Translations under genes and position numbers: made by a program
Virus record (IMG/VR): IMGVR_UViG_3300048916_000050
Span: 1-43,471 of that record
Source of the DNA: a virus
Strand: one strand, 5' to 3'
Length of the DNA stretch: 43,471 nt
Part shown: in pieces, positions 1-9,166 of the stretch
How positions within the stretch are numbered: position 1 is the stretch's first letter
Layout of the letters: each line of letters begins with the position of its first letter
Notes under the pieces: generated by a model
Seen by the model: only the letters and a program-made list of their open reading frames with translations
Told to the model about the DNA's origin: nothing
The model's database searches: none

Positions 1-127
1 CCGGCTCGCTTCCGGTCGATTCATTGATGTCCTACAAGAACGGCAACAATATTGCGCTGTTCGGGGCAACGGCGAACGCCATCTATGACATTACCACGGT
101 CGTAAACCCGAACGTCAGCCCCGCGGC
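1..127. repeat. terminal overlap copy 1 (identical to 43345-43471)
   Basis: Read directly: ccggctcgcttccggtcgattcattgatgtcc...agccccgcggc occurs at both ends. It lies inside an open reading frame. Confidence 0.9.
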
Positions 128-1616
128 GGATGTAACGGGCCTCACAAGCGGGCAATGGTCCTCGGTGCAGTTCGCCACGACTAACGGCACGTACCTTGTC
201 AACGTCAATGCTGCTGATCTTGAGCGTATCTATGACGGTACCGACTGGTGGACGATCGGCAGTCAGAACGTCAACCGGCTGAACTTCGATGCCCAGACGG
301 CCAATTTCACGGTCGGGGCGACGGTCACCGGGGTAACCTCGAGCGCGACGGGCGTCATTCAGTCCCAGGTTGATAACGGCACGACCGGATATCTCATTCT
401 CGGCAATATCACCGGCACGTTTCAGGACAATGAGATTGTCGCGGGTGGCGGTGGATCTGCCACGGTCAACGGGCCTGCCCAGATTCTGTTTGTTGCCGTC
501 ACCGGAGTCGCGACAGACACTCTTTCGTTCGTATGGTCCTACAAATCCCGTCTCTTCTACGTCGAAGAGAATAGCATGAATGCATGGTATCTGCCTGTTG
601 ATGCTATCGGCGGGGCGATGACCAAGTTTCCGATGGGCGGCATATTCTCCCGCGGCGGCTCTCTCCTCTTCGGGGCTTCATGGTCGCTCGAAACTTCCGG
701 GGACGGCGGCCTTTCCGAGCAGTGCGTATTCGTCACGACAGAGGGTGAGGTAGCCGTATATCAAGGCTCCAACCCGAGCGATGCCAATGACTGGGCTCGT
801 GTCGGCGTTTACCGCATTGGCAAGCCGCTCGGCCCGAAGGCATGGATACGGGCCGGCGGCGATATCATCATTGCAACGGACGTTGGCTTTGTGCCGCTCT
901 CTCAGGCCGTCCAGAAGGACTATGCGGCGCTTTCTCCCGCCGCCGTATCCTATCCTATCGAAACGGAATGGAATTCGCTGGTTCAGAGCAGGGCAGGCGG
1001 CAATTGGTGCTGCGAGCTATGGCCGGAAAAGCAGATGGCAGTCGTTGCCCCTCCGACGATCAATTACCAGCCGGCACGTATGCTCGTGTCGAATGTCAGA
1101 TCCGGAGCATGGGCCGAATATACGAACTGGAATGGCAACTGCCTTGAAGCCTTCCAGGGGCGTCTGTTCTTCGGCTCAGTCTCAGGAAAGGTCATTGAGG
1201 CCAATGTCACAGGGGCGGACGAGGGCGCAACCTATGTCGGCCAGTATATCCCGCTATTCGACGATCTGAAGACACCGGCATCCTTGAAGGTTCCGCAGCT
1301 AGCCAGGGCATTCCTCCGCGGGCCGCGAGAGACGAGTGTCGCGCTCAATATGCAGTTCGATTACGTCTATGAAAGCAATCCGTCCGGCTCGGCACCAATC
1401 ACCACTGTTGGCTCGGAATGGGGCGTCGGCATATGGGGCGTCTCCGAATGGGGCGATGTCGGGACACTGAAGAATTATCTGGAATGGCAATCTGTCGGCG
1501 GGGCTGGCTATGCTTTCGCGCCTGATATTCAGACGACGAGCGGTGATATCGTGCCGCTTGATGTAGAAATCATTCGTGTCGAGCTGTCATACGATGTCGG
1601 GGACATCCTGAGTTGA
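24..1616 (+). CDS. remainder of the wrap-around virion protein (function not recognised; tail/nozzle-like by position)
   Basis: 530-aa ORF in the structural block. Its apparent start is internal to the gene beginning at 43143. Confidence 0.7.
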   Translation: MMSYKNGNNIALFGATANAIYDITTVVNPNVSPAADVTGLTSGQWSSVQFATTNGTYLVNVNAADLERIYDGTDWWTIGSQNVNRLNFDAQTANFTVGATVTGVTSSATGVIQSQVDNGTTGYLILGNITGTFQDNEIVAGGGGSATVNGPAQILFVAVTGVATDTLSFVWSYKSRLFYVEENSMNAWYLPVDAIGGAMTKFPMGGIFSRGGSLLFGASWSLETSGDGGLSEQCVFVTTEGEVAVYQGSNPSDANDWARVGVYRIGKPLGPKAWIRAGGDIIIATDVGFVPLSQAVQKDYAALSPAAVSYPIETEWNSLVQSRAGGNWCCELWPEKQMAVVAPPTINYQPARMLVSNVRSGAWAEYTNWNGNCLEAFQGRLFFGSVSGKVIEANVTGADEGATYVGQYIPLFDDLKTPASLKVPQLARAFLRGPRETSVALNMQFDYVYESNPSGSAPITTVGSEWGVGIWGVSEWGDVGTLKNYLEWQSVGGAGYAFAPDIQTTSGDIVPLDVEIIRVELSYDVGDILS

Positions 1617-1990
1617 TTGTAACCGACGAGCGCGTTCCTGCATTCGTCAGCGCTTTGGTCGGCAAGAGCTTCGTCCCTCCATTCACGGCTATGGGCATTG
1701 AGAGAGACGGAGAGGTCATCGGCGGCGTTGTCTACAATGTTTTCGAAGGATTCGATCTTCACGTCACGGTGGCCGGGCGAGGCTTCAACAGAGGCTTCCT
1801 GGCTGATGTCGGCGCTTATGTGTTCCAGCAACTCGGCTGTGAGCGGATGACGGTTCTAACTGAGCAACCCCGTATCGTGCGTATCGCAGAGCGCTTGGGT
1901 GGCCAGCTTGAAGGCCTCCTGCGCAACCATTTTGGCCCCGGCCGTGACGGCTTCTTAGTTGGTATACTCAGAGAAGAGTATAAGTACTAA
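1613..1990 (+). CDS. small GNAT-like N-acetyltransferase
   Basis: 125 aa with a pattern like small phage GNATs ('GIERDGEVIGGVVYNVFEG..HVTVAG..RGF'). TTG start overlaps the upstream stop (TTGA). Confidence 0.5.
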   Translation: MIVTDERVPAFVSALVGKSFVPPFTAMGIERDGEVIGGVVYNVFEGFDLHVTVAGRGFNRGFLADVGAYVFQQLGCERMTVLTEQPRIVRIAERLGGQLEGLLRNHFGPGRDGFLVGILREEYKY

Positions 1991-2011
1991 GTACTTGAAA
2001 GGATTACGAAA

Positions 2012-2992
2012 TTGGTTTCGAGCCCAAAACCGCCGGATCCGGTTAAGACTGCTGAAGCGCAATCGGGCCTCAACAGGGACACTGCGCTTTCGCAGCAACT
2101 CCTGAATCAGACCAACCAAATTGGCCCAGATGGCTCTTTGACGTATGCCCAGACAGGCTACAACTCGTATGTAGACACGAATGGTAAGACTGTATCAGTG
2201 CCGCAGTTTACGGCCACCACCAGCCTCTCGCCACAGCAGGCGGCCATCAAGAGGCAGACGGACGCGGCTAGCCTCAATCTAGGCACGATTGCCAACGAAC
2301 GATCGGCATTCCTCAAGGATTACCTCGCCAAGCCGTTTGACGTGAACGCGGAGACGGAGAAGAAGCTATACGATATGGGGGCGTCTCGGCTTGATCCGAG
2401 ATTTGAAACCCAGCGCGACCAGCTTAGCACCCGTCTCGTTGCATCTGGTATTCGACCGGGAACGGCTGCTTACGACCAGCAAATGAAGGAATTCGAGAAT
2501 TCTCGGAATGACGCCTATAACCAGTTGGCATTGACAGGCCGGCAGCAGGCATTCAACGAAGCGTCATACGAGCGCGCGCAGCCACTCAATGAGATTTCCG
2601 CTCTCATGTCCGGGGCTCAGGTCCAGCAGCCCCAATTCGTCAATACCCCCTCTGCCAATGTCGGCGGCGTAGACTATACCGGGTTGGTGAATAGTAACTA
2701 TCAGGCCAAGGTTCAAAACCAGAATGCGGCCATGGGCGGCTTGTTCGGGCTTGCATCTGCCGGCATCAAGGCAATCCCGTGGTCGGATCGTCGCCTCAAG
2801 ACGGATATTGCCACGATCGGCGAGAAGAAGGGTCTGCCCTGGTATTCCTTCCGCTATATCTGGGATGCCGTTACCGCCCCAATCCGCGAGGGCTTCATGG
2901 CCGACGACGTGTTCAAGGTCATGCCGTCCGCTGTCATTCCTGACCCGAGCGGCTTCTTCAAGGTCGATTACGACATGGTTCTGGGGGCATAA
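2012..2992 (+). CDS. fiber/needle-like virion protein with C-terminal peptidase-S74 intramolecular chaperone domain
   Basis: The C-terminus 'SDRRLKTDI..GLPWYSFRY..GFMADDV..PSAV..GFFKVDYD' matches the S74 autoprocessing chaperone signature. TTG start 8 nt after AAAGGA. Confidence 0.7.
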   Translation: MVSSPKPPDPVKTAEAQSGLNRDTALSQQLLNQTNQIGPDGSLTYAQTGYNSYVDTNGKTVSVPQFTATTSLSPQQAAIKRQTDAASLNLGTIANERSAFLKDYLAKPFDVNAETEKKLYDMGASRLDPRFETQRDQLSTRLVASGIRPGTAAYDQQMKEFENSRNDAYNQLALTGRQQAFNEASYERAQPLNEISALMSGAQVQQPQFVNTPSANVGGVDYTGLVNSNYQAKVQNQNAAMGGLFGLASAGIKAIPWSDRRLKTDIATIGEKKGLPWYSFRYIWDAVTAPIREGFMADDVFKVMPSAVIPDPSGFFKVDYDMVLGA

Positions 2993-4957
2993 ATGGCCGC
3001 TGAAAGCTTTTTCACGTGGGGTGCCGGCGGTGCGAAGCTCACTCCGGAGCAGATCGCGCTCGCTCGGCAGCTTCTCGCCCGCAAGAATGCACAAGGGGCG
3101 GATACGAGCCCGGTCGGGCATTGGACGCAGGGAGCAGCACGTGTCGCCGATGCTCTCGGGGACGTGCTGCAGGAAAAGCGGCTGAATTCCCAGGAAAAGG
3201 ATCTGACGGATTACAATTCCGGCCTGATCTCCAATCTTCTCACTGGTGGCGGGGCATCATCTGCGGGGTCGTCTATCCCTTCACCCGGCGCCGCAGCAGA
3301 GGTGAGCGCAACCTCCCCCGCAGTCGATATCTCCGGAGATCAGAAGACGTTTATCGATAGTCTTCTTCCGGCGGCAATTGAGGAAGGGAAGCGCACGGGC
3401 GTTGATCCTCGCATTATCGTGGCACAGGCCGCGCAGGAGACAGGATGGGGGAAAAGCGCGCCCGGTAACAACTATTTCGGGATCAAGAGCCACGGCCAGG
3501 ACGGCGGCAACAGCCTTATGACGACGGAATACGTCAATGGCGCCCCGGTTAAGGTTAAAGACAGCTTCCGTGCCTACCAGAACCCGGCAGACAGTGTACG
3601 GGGATATGGTGATTTCATCCTGCAGAACCCCCGCTATGAGGGGTTACGAAATGCCCAAGGCCTAGATGCACAGCTTGAAGCGCTGCAGGCGTCGGGATAC
3701 GCGACAGACCCAAACTATTCTCGATCGGTCGGGGCCATCGCCCGCGGTATCCAGCTTCCGAACGAGGTTGCGAGCCTTGACCCATCAGCTGGCGCGCCTG
3801 CCGCCCCGCCGCAGAATGCGTCCGATGCCATAAACGCATATGCTCCGCAGCAGGGCGCTCCAGCGCTCCCCCCGCCAACCACGGTAGCAGCAGCGCCGCC
3901 TGTTGCGTCCGTTCCCGCCGTTGCACCCGCGCCCGTCCAAGCTCCCGCCCCAAACATGCAGGTGGCGCAGGATAGCGGCATGTCCGGGCAGACGCTTGCA
4001 AATGCCATGAAGGTGCTTTCGGACCCACGCGCCAATGCTAACACCAAGGCAATCGCGGAGATCATGGTCAGGCAGGCACAGGCACGCCAGCAGGCAATCC
4101 TTGAGCAGCAATTGAAGCAGTCGGACCCTGCTTATCAGCAAGGCTTGCAGAAGGGGGCTATCGAGCTTGATAACCTCCGTAATCCGAAGATGTCGCCATC
4201 CGAGGCCGCAAACCTTAAACTCAATCAGGACAAATTCACGGCAGATACCGCGAACAATTCCGACAAGCTGAAGCTTGACCGGGAAAAGTTTGAGGCAGAA
4301 CTCCAGAAAGGGCAGTGGCAGAAACTCACGGATGGGCGCCTTTATAACCAGACATCCGGGGAATTCCGCGATGCTCCGCCTCCCGTGCCTGGTTCTACGC
4401 CTCCGAAGATGGATGACATCTCCGGTATGCGAAAGGAGATCCAGCAGCTCCCAAGCTACAAGAATCTCGCCCAGGCCGCGCCGATCTACAAGGCCATGGC
4501 GGAAACGGCAGGTCGCAATTCGAAGGCTTCCGACCTGAACTTGGTCTATGGCCTCGGCAAGATCATGGACCCGACCTCTGTCGTTCGCGAGGGAGAAATG
4601 GTCATGGTCAAGAACACCGCCTCTCTGCCTGACTGGCTGCAAGGCGCCATTGCGTCTCTCAACGGCGGCGCGGCGCTGACCCCGGAAACCCGTCAGGCGA
4701 TCATGACGGAAGCCTATGGCCGGGTGAAAGGCTATAACGACGAGTTCACGCAGAACATGGGTCAATACGAGGGCATCGTTCAGCGCAACGGCATCAATCG
4801 CGCCGACGTGATCCCGGATGTTGACAAATTCGAGCCGTGGAAAGCAGAGGCGACTCCTGGCGGCCCTGCCCAAATCAAGAGTGTCGAAGATTATCAGGGC
4901 CTCAAGCCTGGCACTCAGTACATTGATCCGAACGGCAAACTCAGGACGAAGCGATAA
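2993..4957 (+). CDS. internal virion/ejection protein with glucosaminidase (FlgJ-like) peptidoglycan hydrolase domain
   Basis: 'AQAAQETGWGKS..NNYFGIK..GYATDPNYS' glucosaminidase motifs, followed by a Pro/Ala-rich linker and a long C-terminal region. Confidence 0.85.
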   Translation: MAAESFFTWGAGGAKLTPEQIALARQLLARKNAQGADTSPVGHWTQGAARVADALGDVLQEKRLNSQEKDLTDYNSGLISNLLTGGGASSAGSSIPSPGAAAEVSATSPAVDISGDQKTFIDSLLPAAIEEGKRTGVDPRIIVAQAAQETGWGKSAPGNNYFGIKSHGQDGGNSLMTTEYVNGAPVKVKDSFRAYQNPADSVRGYGDFILQNPRYEGLRNAQGLDAQLEALQASGYATDPNYSRSVGAIARGIQLPNEVASLDPSAGAPAAPPQNASDAINAYAPQQGAPALPPPTTVAAAPPVASVPAVAPAPVQAPAPNMQVAQDSGMSGQTLANAMKVLSDPRANANTKAIAEIMVRQAQARQQAILEQQLKQSDPAYQQGLQKGAIELDNLRNPKMSPSEAANLKLNQDKFTADTANNSDKLKLDREKFEAELQKGQWQKLTDGRLYNQTSGEFRDAPPPVPGSTPPKMDDISGMRKEIQQLPSYKNLAQAAPIYKAMAETAGRNSKASDLNLVYGLGKIMDPTSVVREGEMVMVKNTASLPDWLQGAIASLNGGAALTPETRQAIMTEAYGRVKGYNDEFTQNMGQYEGIVQRNGINRADVIPDVDKFEPWKAEATPGGPAQIKSVEDYQGLKPGTQYIDPNGKLRTKR

Positions 4958-6828
4958 TGGCGAATCCTTGGGACAACGATCCTATCGTCCAGCCCGCTGC
5001 CCAAGCCGGCAATTGGTGGGAAAACGACCCTCTCGTTGAACAGCAGTCGACCGGCATGGATATGCTCAAGTCTGCCGGCTCGGGGCTTGCTCAAGGTGCG
5101 ATGGATCTCGTTGGCCTCCCCGGCACGATCTCGAACGCCTTCGACAACAGTTTCAGCGCCATCACCGGTATTCCAAAGCCTCCGCCGAGCATTCTTAGCG
5201 GCGAGAAGATCCGTGAGGGCGCTTCCTATCTCACCGGGGGCGCGACCGAATACAAACCTGAGACAACCGCGGGCAAGTATACGCAGACTGCCGCGGCATT
5301 TGTGCCTGGCGCAGTCGCCTTGGGTGGAACGGGAAGCGTTGCCGGGAACGCCCTGAAATACGGGGTTATTCCTGGGATTACCAGCGAGGGTGCGGGGCAA
5401 TTGGCACATACCTATGCACCAGCCCTTGAGCCATATGCCCGCTTTGCAGGTGGTGTTGCCGGCGGATTGATTCCTGCAGGCCTCAGGGCAATGTTTCCGA
5501 CATCCAGCGAGGCAGCACTTGCTGAAATCCTCAAGGCTGCAAAGGCAGACAATCTCACCCCAGAGGCGATGCGCACTCGTCTGCAGGAGCTTGGCCCCGA
5601 GGGCATGGTTGCCGATCTTGGCCCGAATTTTCAGGGGCAGACAGGCGCACTCGCCAATATTCCCGGCCCCAACAACCAGACCATCCGCACAGCGCTGAAC
5701 GAGCGTAACGCAGGCGCGAACGCTCGGCTTGGCGAGGTGATCGATGATCTTGGCCCGAATGTCGTGCCGTCGCAGGTTCAGGGCGGAATATCCGACTCTC
5801 AGCGCGCAGTTGGGCAGCAGTACGGGCCAGTCATGGAGAACGCCCGCGCCGTTAATTCTGAGGGGCTGGCTAACCGGCTCGAAGCCGCCATTACGAACAC
5901 GCGTGGTCCTGAACAGCAGGCGCTGCAGCGTGTTCGCGGCTACCTTGATATTCCTGGCACAAATGTTCTCGACCCGAACCCGCAGGCAATCTTTGCCACA
6001 AGGCAGGCGATCGACGGGCTCTTAGCGGGAGAGCAGAACCCGCAAGTCATCCGTCAATTGACGATGGCGCGGCAGCAGGTCGATGAGATGCTGGCCCAAG
6101 CCGCCCCCGGCATCAAGGATGTGGATGCTCAATATGCGGAACTTGCTCGACAGGGTGAAGCTCTCGGAGAAGGGCAAAGGGCCCTCGACAGCGGCAGAAC
6201 CGCGCCGCGGCCTAGCGAGCTTTCCTCTCGTCTGACGGAAGGCTCAATCCCGCAAGGAACCGGCGTAGGGCCGTCCGCAGTGCCGTTCCGCATCTCTCAG
6301 GGCGCCCGCGCCGAGATTGACCGGATTGTTGGTAACAACCAGAACGACATTGCTGCCATGAACCGTCTTATCAAGGGAGAAGGAGATTGGAACCGGGCAA
6401 AACTGGAGGCCATTTTCGGCCAGGATAAGACCGAGCAGCTTCTGCGCGTTCTTGGCAACGAAAAGACGTTCGCTGATACGCGCAATTTCGCCACCGGCAA
6501 CAGCCTGACAGCCAACCGCCTGCAGTACCAGAAGGCATATGGCGGTTCTGATGCCAGGATGACTATTCCTGAATATTATGGGGCTGGCGGTGTTCGTGGC
6601 GCTGTGAGAGGGGCGGGTGTCAAGGCTGTATCAAAGCTTGTCGATGTCATCGCCGGTTCTCGATCGGGTGCGCGCAATACGAAACTTGCCGAGCTTCTTA
6701 CGGGTCGTGATGAAGTTGTTGACGCTTTGCTTCAATCGCAGCTTCGCGGAAATCGTCTAACTGGCCCCGCGAAGACAGCGCTCGTCCAAGCACTACTCGA
6801 TCAAAAGCGGCGCCTAGAAGCCCAGTAA
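4957..6828 (+). CDS. large internal virion/DNA-ejection-type protein
   Basis: 623-aa Gly/Ala/Gln-rich ORF, start overlapping the upstream stop (TAATG), positioned after the lysozyme-domain protein. Confidence 0.65.
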   Translation: MANPWDNDPIVQPAAQAGNWWENDPLVEQQSTGMDMLKSAGSGLAQGAMDLVGLPGTISNAFDNSFSAITGIPKPPPSILSGEKIREGASYLTGGATEYKPETTAGKYTQTAAAFVPGAVALGGTGSVAGNALKYGVIPGITSEGAGQLAHTYAPALEPYARFAGGVAGGLIPAGLRAMFPTSSEAALAEILKAAKADNLTPEAMRTRLQELGPEGMVADLGPNFQGQTGALANIPGPNNQTIRTALNERNAGANARLGEVIDDLGPNVVPSQVQGGISDSQRAVGQQYGPVMENARAVNSEGLANRLEAAITNTRGPEQQALQRVRGYLDIPGTNVLDPNPQAIFATRQAIDGLLAGEQNPQVIRQLTMARQQVDEMLAQAAPGIKDVDAQYAELARQGEALGEGQRALDSGRTAPRPSELSSRLTEGSIPQGTGVGPSAVPFRISQGARAEIDRIVGNNQNDIAAMNRLIKGEGDWNRAKLEAIFGQDKTEQLLRVLGNEKTFADTRNFATGNSLTANRLQYQKAYGGSDARMTIPEYYGAGGVRGAVRGAGVKAVSKLVDVIAGSRSGARNTKLAELLTGRDEVVDALLQSQLRGNRLTGPAKTALVQALLDQKRRLEAQ

Positions 6829-6949
6829 GGTACCAAGCAACCATTCCGCCTATGACGGAAATGGCCATGCCATCGATTCCCCATTTGTAATGGATGTTTG
6901 CAATAACAAATCCAACGGCCACCAAGGCCTGAAATAACTTCCAGTTCAT
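6698..6949 (-). CDS. antisense moron: small two-TM membrane protein
   Basis: 83 aa. The N-terminal 50 aa form two hydrophobic helices (LFQALVAVGFVIANI; GMAISVIGGMVAWYLTGLLGAAF). GGAGAG lies 3 nt before the ATG. The 3' 131 nt overlap the end of 4957..6828 on the other strand. Confidence 0.4.
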   Translation of the reverse strand: MNWKLFQALVAVGFVIANIHYKWGIDGMAISVIGGMVAWYLTGLLGAAFDRVVLGRALSSRGQLDDFREAAIEAKRQQLHHDP

Positions 6950-6977
6950 TCGCTCTCCATAGAGCCGCCCATCCGCA

Positions 6978-7006
6978 AAATTACACGAAAATCAATCGCC
7001 TCGCAA
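6978..7006 (-). promoter_or_regulatory. candidate sigma70-type promoter for the antisense moron
   Basis: On the minus strand: TTGCGA (7006-7001), 17 nt, TAATTT (6983-6978), about 25 nt upstream of ATG 6949. Confidence 0.3.
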
Positions 7007-7036
7007 TCGCGGGGCCTTTCTGCATGGAGTTGTCCA

Positions 7037-8056
7037 GTGGGATACGATTCAAACGGAAATTGGACGCTCACCCCCGGCTATCTTGCTATTGCAGGACAGA
7101 CGATTCAGCCGTCCCAGCATAACCCCGTCTTAGAAGATATAGGGCAAAACGGTTTGAGCGCCGTTCTCGTCCGCGATGGGCGAGCGCCCATGACCGGCGC
7201 GCTCAACATGAACGGGTTCAAAGTCACCAACCTGCTCGCCGGCTCTAACCCTCTGGATGTCGTCAACAAGCAGCAGCTTGATGGCATTGTTACGACGCAG
7301 TCAAAATCGGCAGATTACACGGTTCTTGTAGCCGACAAGGGTGCAGTAATCAGCGTAGACGCATCAGGCGGCGCAAGGACGATCACGCTGCCTGCTGCCG
7401 CAACGGCTGGCGCTGGATTCCCGATCACCATCAAGAAATCGGACAGTTCCGGCAACACGGTTACCATCGACGCGAACGGCTCAGAAACGATTGACGGTTC
7501 CTTGGTCCGGGGACTTTCTACGCAGTATCAGTCCATCTCTCTCGTATGCGACGGGGCCGGGTGGAGGATTATTGCGGGGTCTGGCAGCATAACGGTCTCC
7601 ACACTCGCGAACGCGACTGGATCGGCTGTCGATTTCATTGGCATCCCTGCTGGGGTTAAGCGGATCACCCTCGCGGTCATCGATGTCTCTACAACCGGGG
7701 CCTTCACTCCTGTTCTCCAGCTCGGGGACTCGGGCGGCATTGAAACGACGGGCTACTCCGCGTCTAACACGCTGGTTGTCAACGCTGCCGCTACGTCCAT
7801 CACTACCTTCACCAACCCAGGCTTTCCCTTCGGCGGGCAAAACGCAGGGAATACCTACAACGGCAAGATCGTGCTCGATCTTCTCAACCCCGCGACAAAC
7901 CTCTGGATCTGCTCGGGCATTGTCGGCGCTGCAACTCTCACCTCTTTCCCGTCCGGCTACAAAGCCACATCAACCACTCTTGACCGCATTCGTTTCATCG
8001 TTGGTGGCAGCGATACGTATGATGCCGGCGCATTCAATATTTCATGGGAATTTTAA
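7037..8056 (+). CDS. tail fiber protein
   Basis: The N-terminus 'NGNWTLTPGY..QTIQPSQHNPVLEDI..LVRDGRAPMTGALNMNGFKVTNL..DVVNKQQLD' is the common phage tail-fiber N-terminal signature. GTG start after GGAG. Confidence 0.75.
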   Translation: MGYDSNGNWTLTPGYLAIAGQTIQPSQHNPVLEDIGQNGLSAVLVRDGRAPMTGALNMNGFKVTNLLAGSNPLDVVNKQQLDGIVTTQSKSADYTVLVADKGAVISVDASGGARTITLPAAATAGAGFPITIKKSDSSGNTVTIDANGSETIDGSLVRGLSTQYQSISLVCDGAGWRIIAGSGSITVSTLANATGSAVDFIGIPAGVKRITLAVIDVSTTGAFTPVLQLGDSGGIETTGYSASNTLVVNAAATSITTFTNPGFPFGGQNAGNTYNGKIVLDLLNPATNLWICSGIVGAATLTSFPSGYKATSTTLDRIRFIVGGSDTYDAGAFNISWEF

Positions 8057-9166
8057 ATGAAAACCATACTTGCAATGGGCCAGTCCAACATGGTCGGGGC
8101 TGTCCCTGGTGGCGTGTGGGGCATTCCTTCCGCCGTCACCGTCTGGAACTGCGCCGGGGATAGTTCAAGCGCAACGGCCGGCCTCGGATCGGCCTTCGTC
8201 ACTCCTGCGAATATGTCGGTCGCTCCGTTCATCGGAAAGAACAACCTCGCGATCCACGCCTGCCGCTATCTGGCTTCGGAGCTTGGAGAAGATATCCGCC
8301 TGATTATCGTCGCTCTCAGCGGCACGCCGATAGAAGAGTGGAGCAATCCGGGCGGGGCGATGTATGCCCGCATGCAGGCTGTTCTCGCTGCTGCCGGCGT
8401 GACCTATGTCGATGCGTTCCTTTGGCATCAGGGGGAGGCCAATGCCGGCGCTCCTGCGGCCTATCCTGCCTTATGGGCTGCGCTGCTCAATCGCATGGAG
8501 ACGGACGGCTATATCAACGTCGCCACGCCTATCGTCATCGGTGAGCTTGCCATCTGGCAAACAGCCATGAACCCGGTCCTGCGCTCCATTGCGAATGCTG
8601 ACTTCCGGGTATCGATCGCGGATATGTCGTGCTTCCCGGTGTTTGACGACAATCTACATTTCAACGGCCCGTCACTCGTGCGTGCCGGTCTGGAATATGC
8701 TCGCGAACTGATGAAGATCCCGAGCGCGTTCTTTCATCCGTCCTTCGACACGGAAACCTATGTCACGGCGGCTGGTGCAGCTGACTTTACCACCTCAGTC
8801 GGCGTTCCCTGCAAGGTGCTGGTGAAGGCAGAAAACGGCAACAAGGCGCTTATCCAGGGCGGCGCGTTCCAGGCTGATCGGCTCGGGGTGTGGGAGTTTG
8901 CACTGCGCGGGTGCGCCTTCAACACGTCCATGTCGCTAGTTCTGCTCGACGAGGCCGGAAGCATTATCCAGTTCATCGCGGGAACGGGCGGCGCTGCCTC
9001 TGGCGGCATGTATCCGTATACCAACGGGGATAGTGTGGTTGCTCTCGGGAAGGGTGATCGCGTCTATCTCGGCATCCTGTTACCGAACGGTACGCCGGGG
9101 ACGTTCAGCGCCAAGAACTCGGCATGGATCAACCGCATGACGGTCCGCTATCTCGGCAGGGATTAG
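8057..9166 (+). CDS. tail-associated SGNH/SASA-type (sialate O-acetylesterase-like) carbohydrate esterase with beta-rich C-terminal domain
   Basis: 'ILAMGQSNMVG' and 'WHQGEANA' motifs typical of the DUF303/SASA esterase family. Immediately follows the tail fiber gene (TAAATG). Confidence 0.7.
   Translation: MKTILAMGQSNMVGAVPGGVWGIPSAVTVWNCAGDSSSATAGLGSAFVTPANMSVAPFIGKNNLAIHACRYLASELGEDIRLIIVALSGTPIEEWSNPGGAMYARMQAVLAAAGVTYVDAFLWHQGEANAGAPAAYPALWAALLNRMETDGYINVATPIVIGELAIWQTAMNPVLRSIANADFRVSIADMSCFPVFDDNLHFNGPSLVRAGLEYARELMKIPSAFFHPSFDTETYVTAAGAADFTTSVGVPCKVLVKAENGNKALIQGGAFQADRLGVWEFALRGCAFNTSMSLVLLDEAGSIIQFIAGTGGAASGGMYPYTNGDSVVALGKGDRVYLGILLPNGTPGTFSAKNSAWINRMTVRYLGRD

Noticed and set aside
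3785-4873. 362-aa minus-strand ORF (similar cases at 37734..38549, 35576..36100 and 38762..39490)
   Set aside because: These are antisense shadows of well-supported plus-strand structural genes, with Arg/Leu-rich low-complexity translations.
7037-8056. Possible diversity-generating retroelement, as in BPP-1-like podoviruses
   Set aside because: No reverse transcriptase (no YxDD-type ORF) and no template/variable repeat pair were noticed near the fiber genes.
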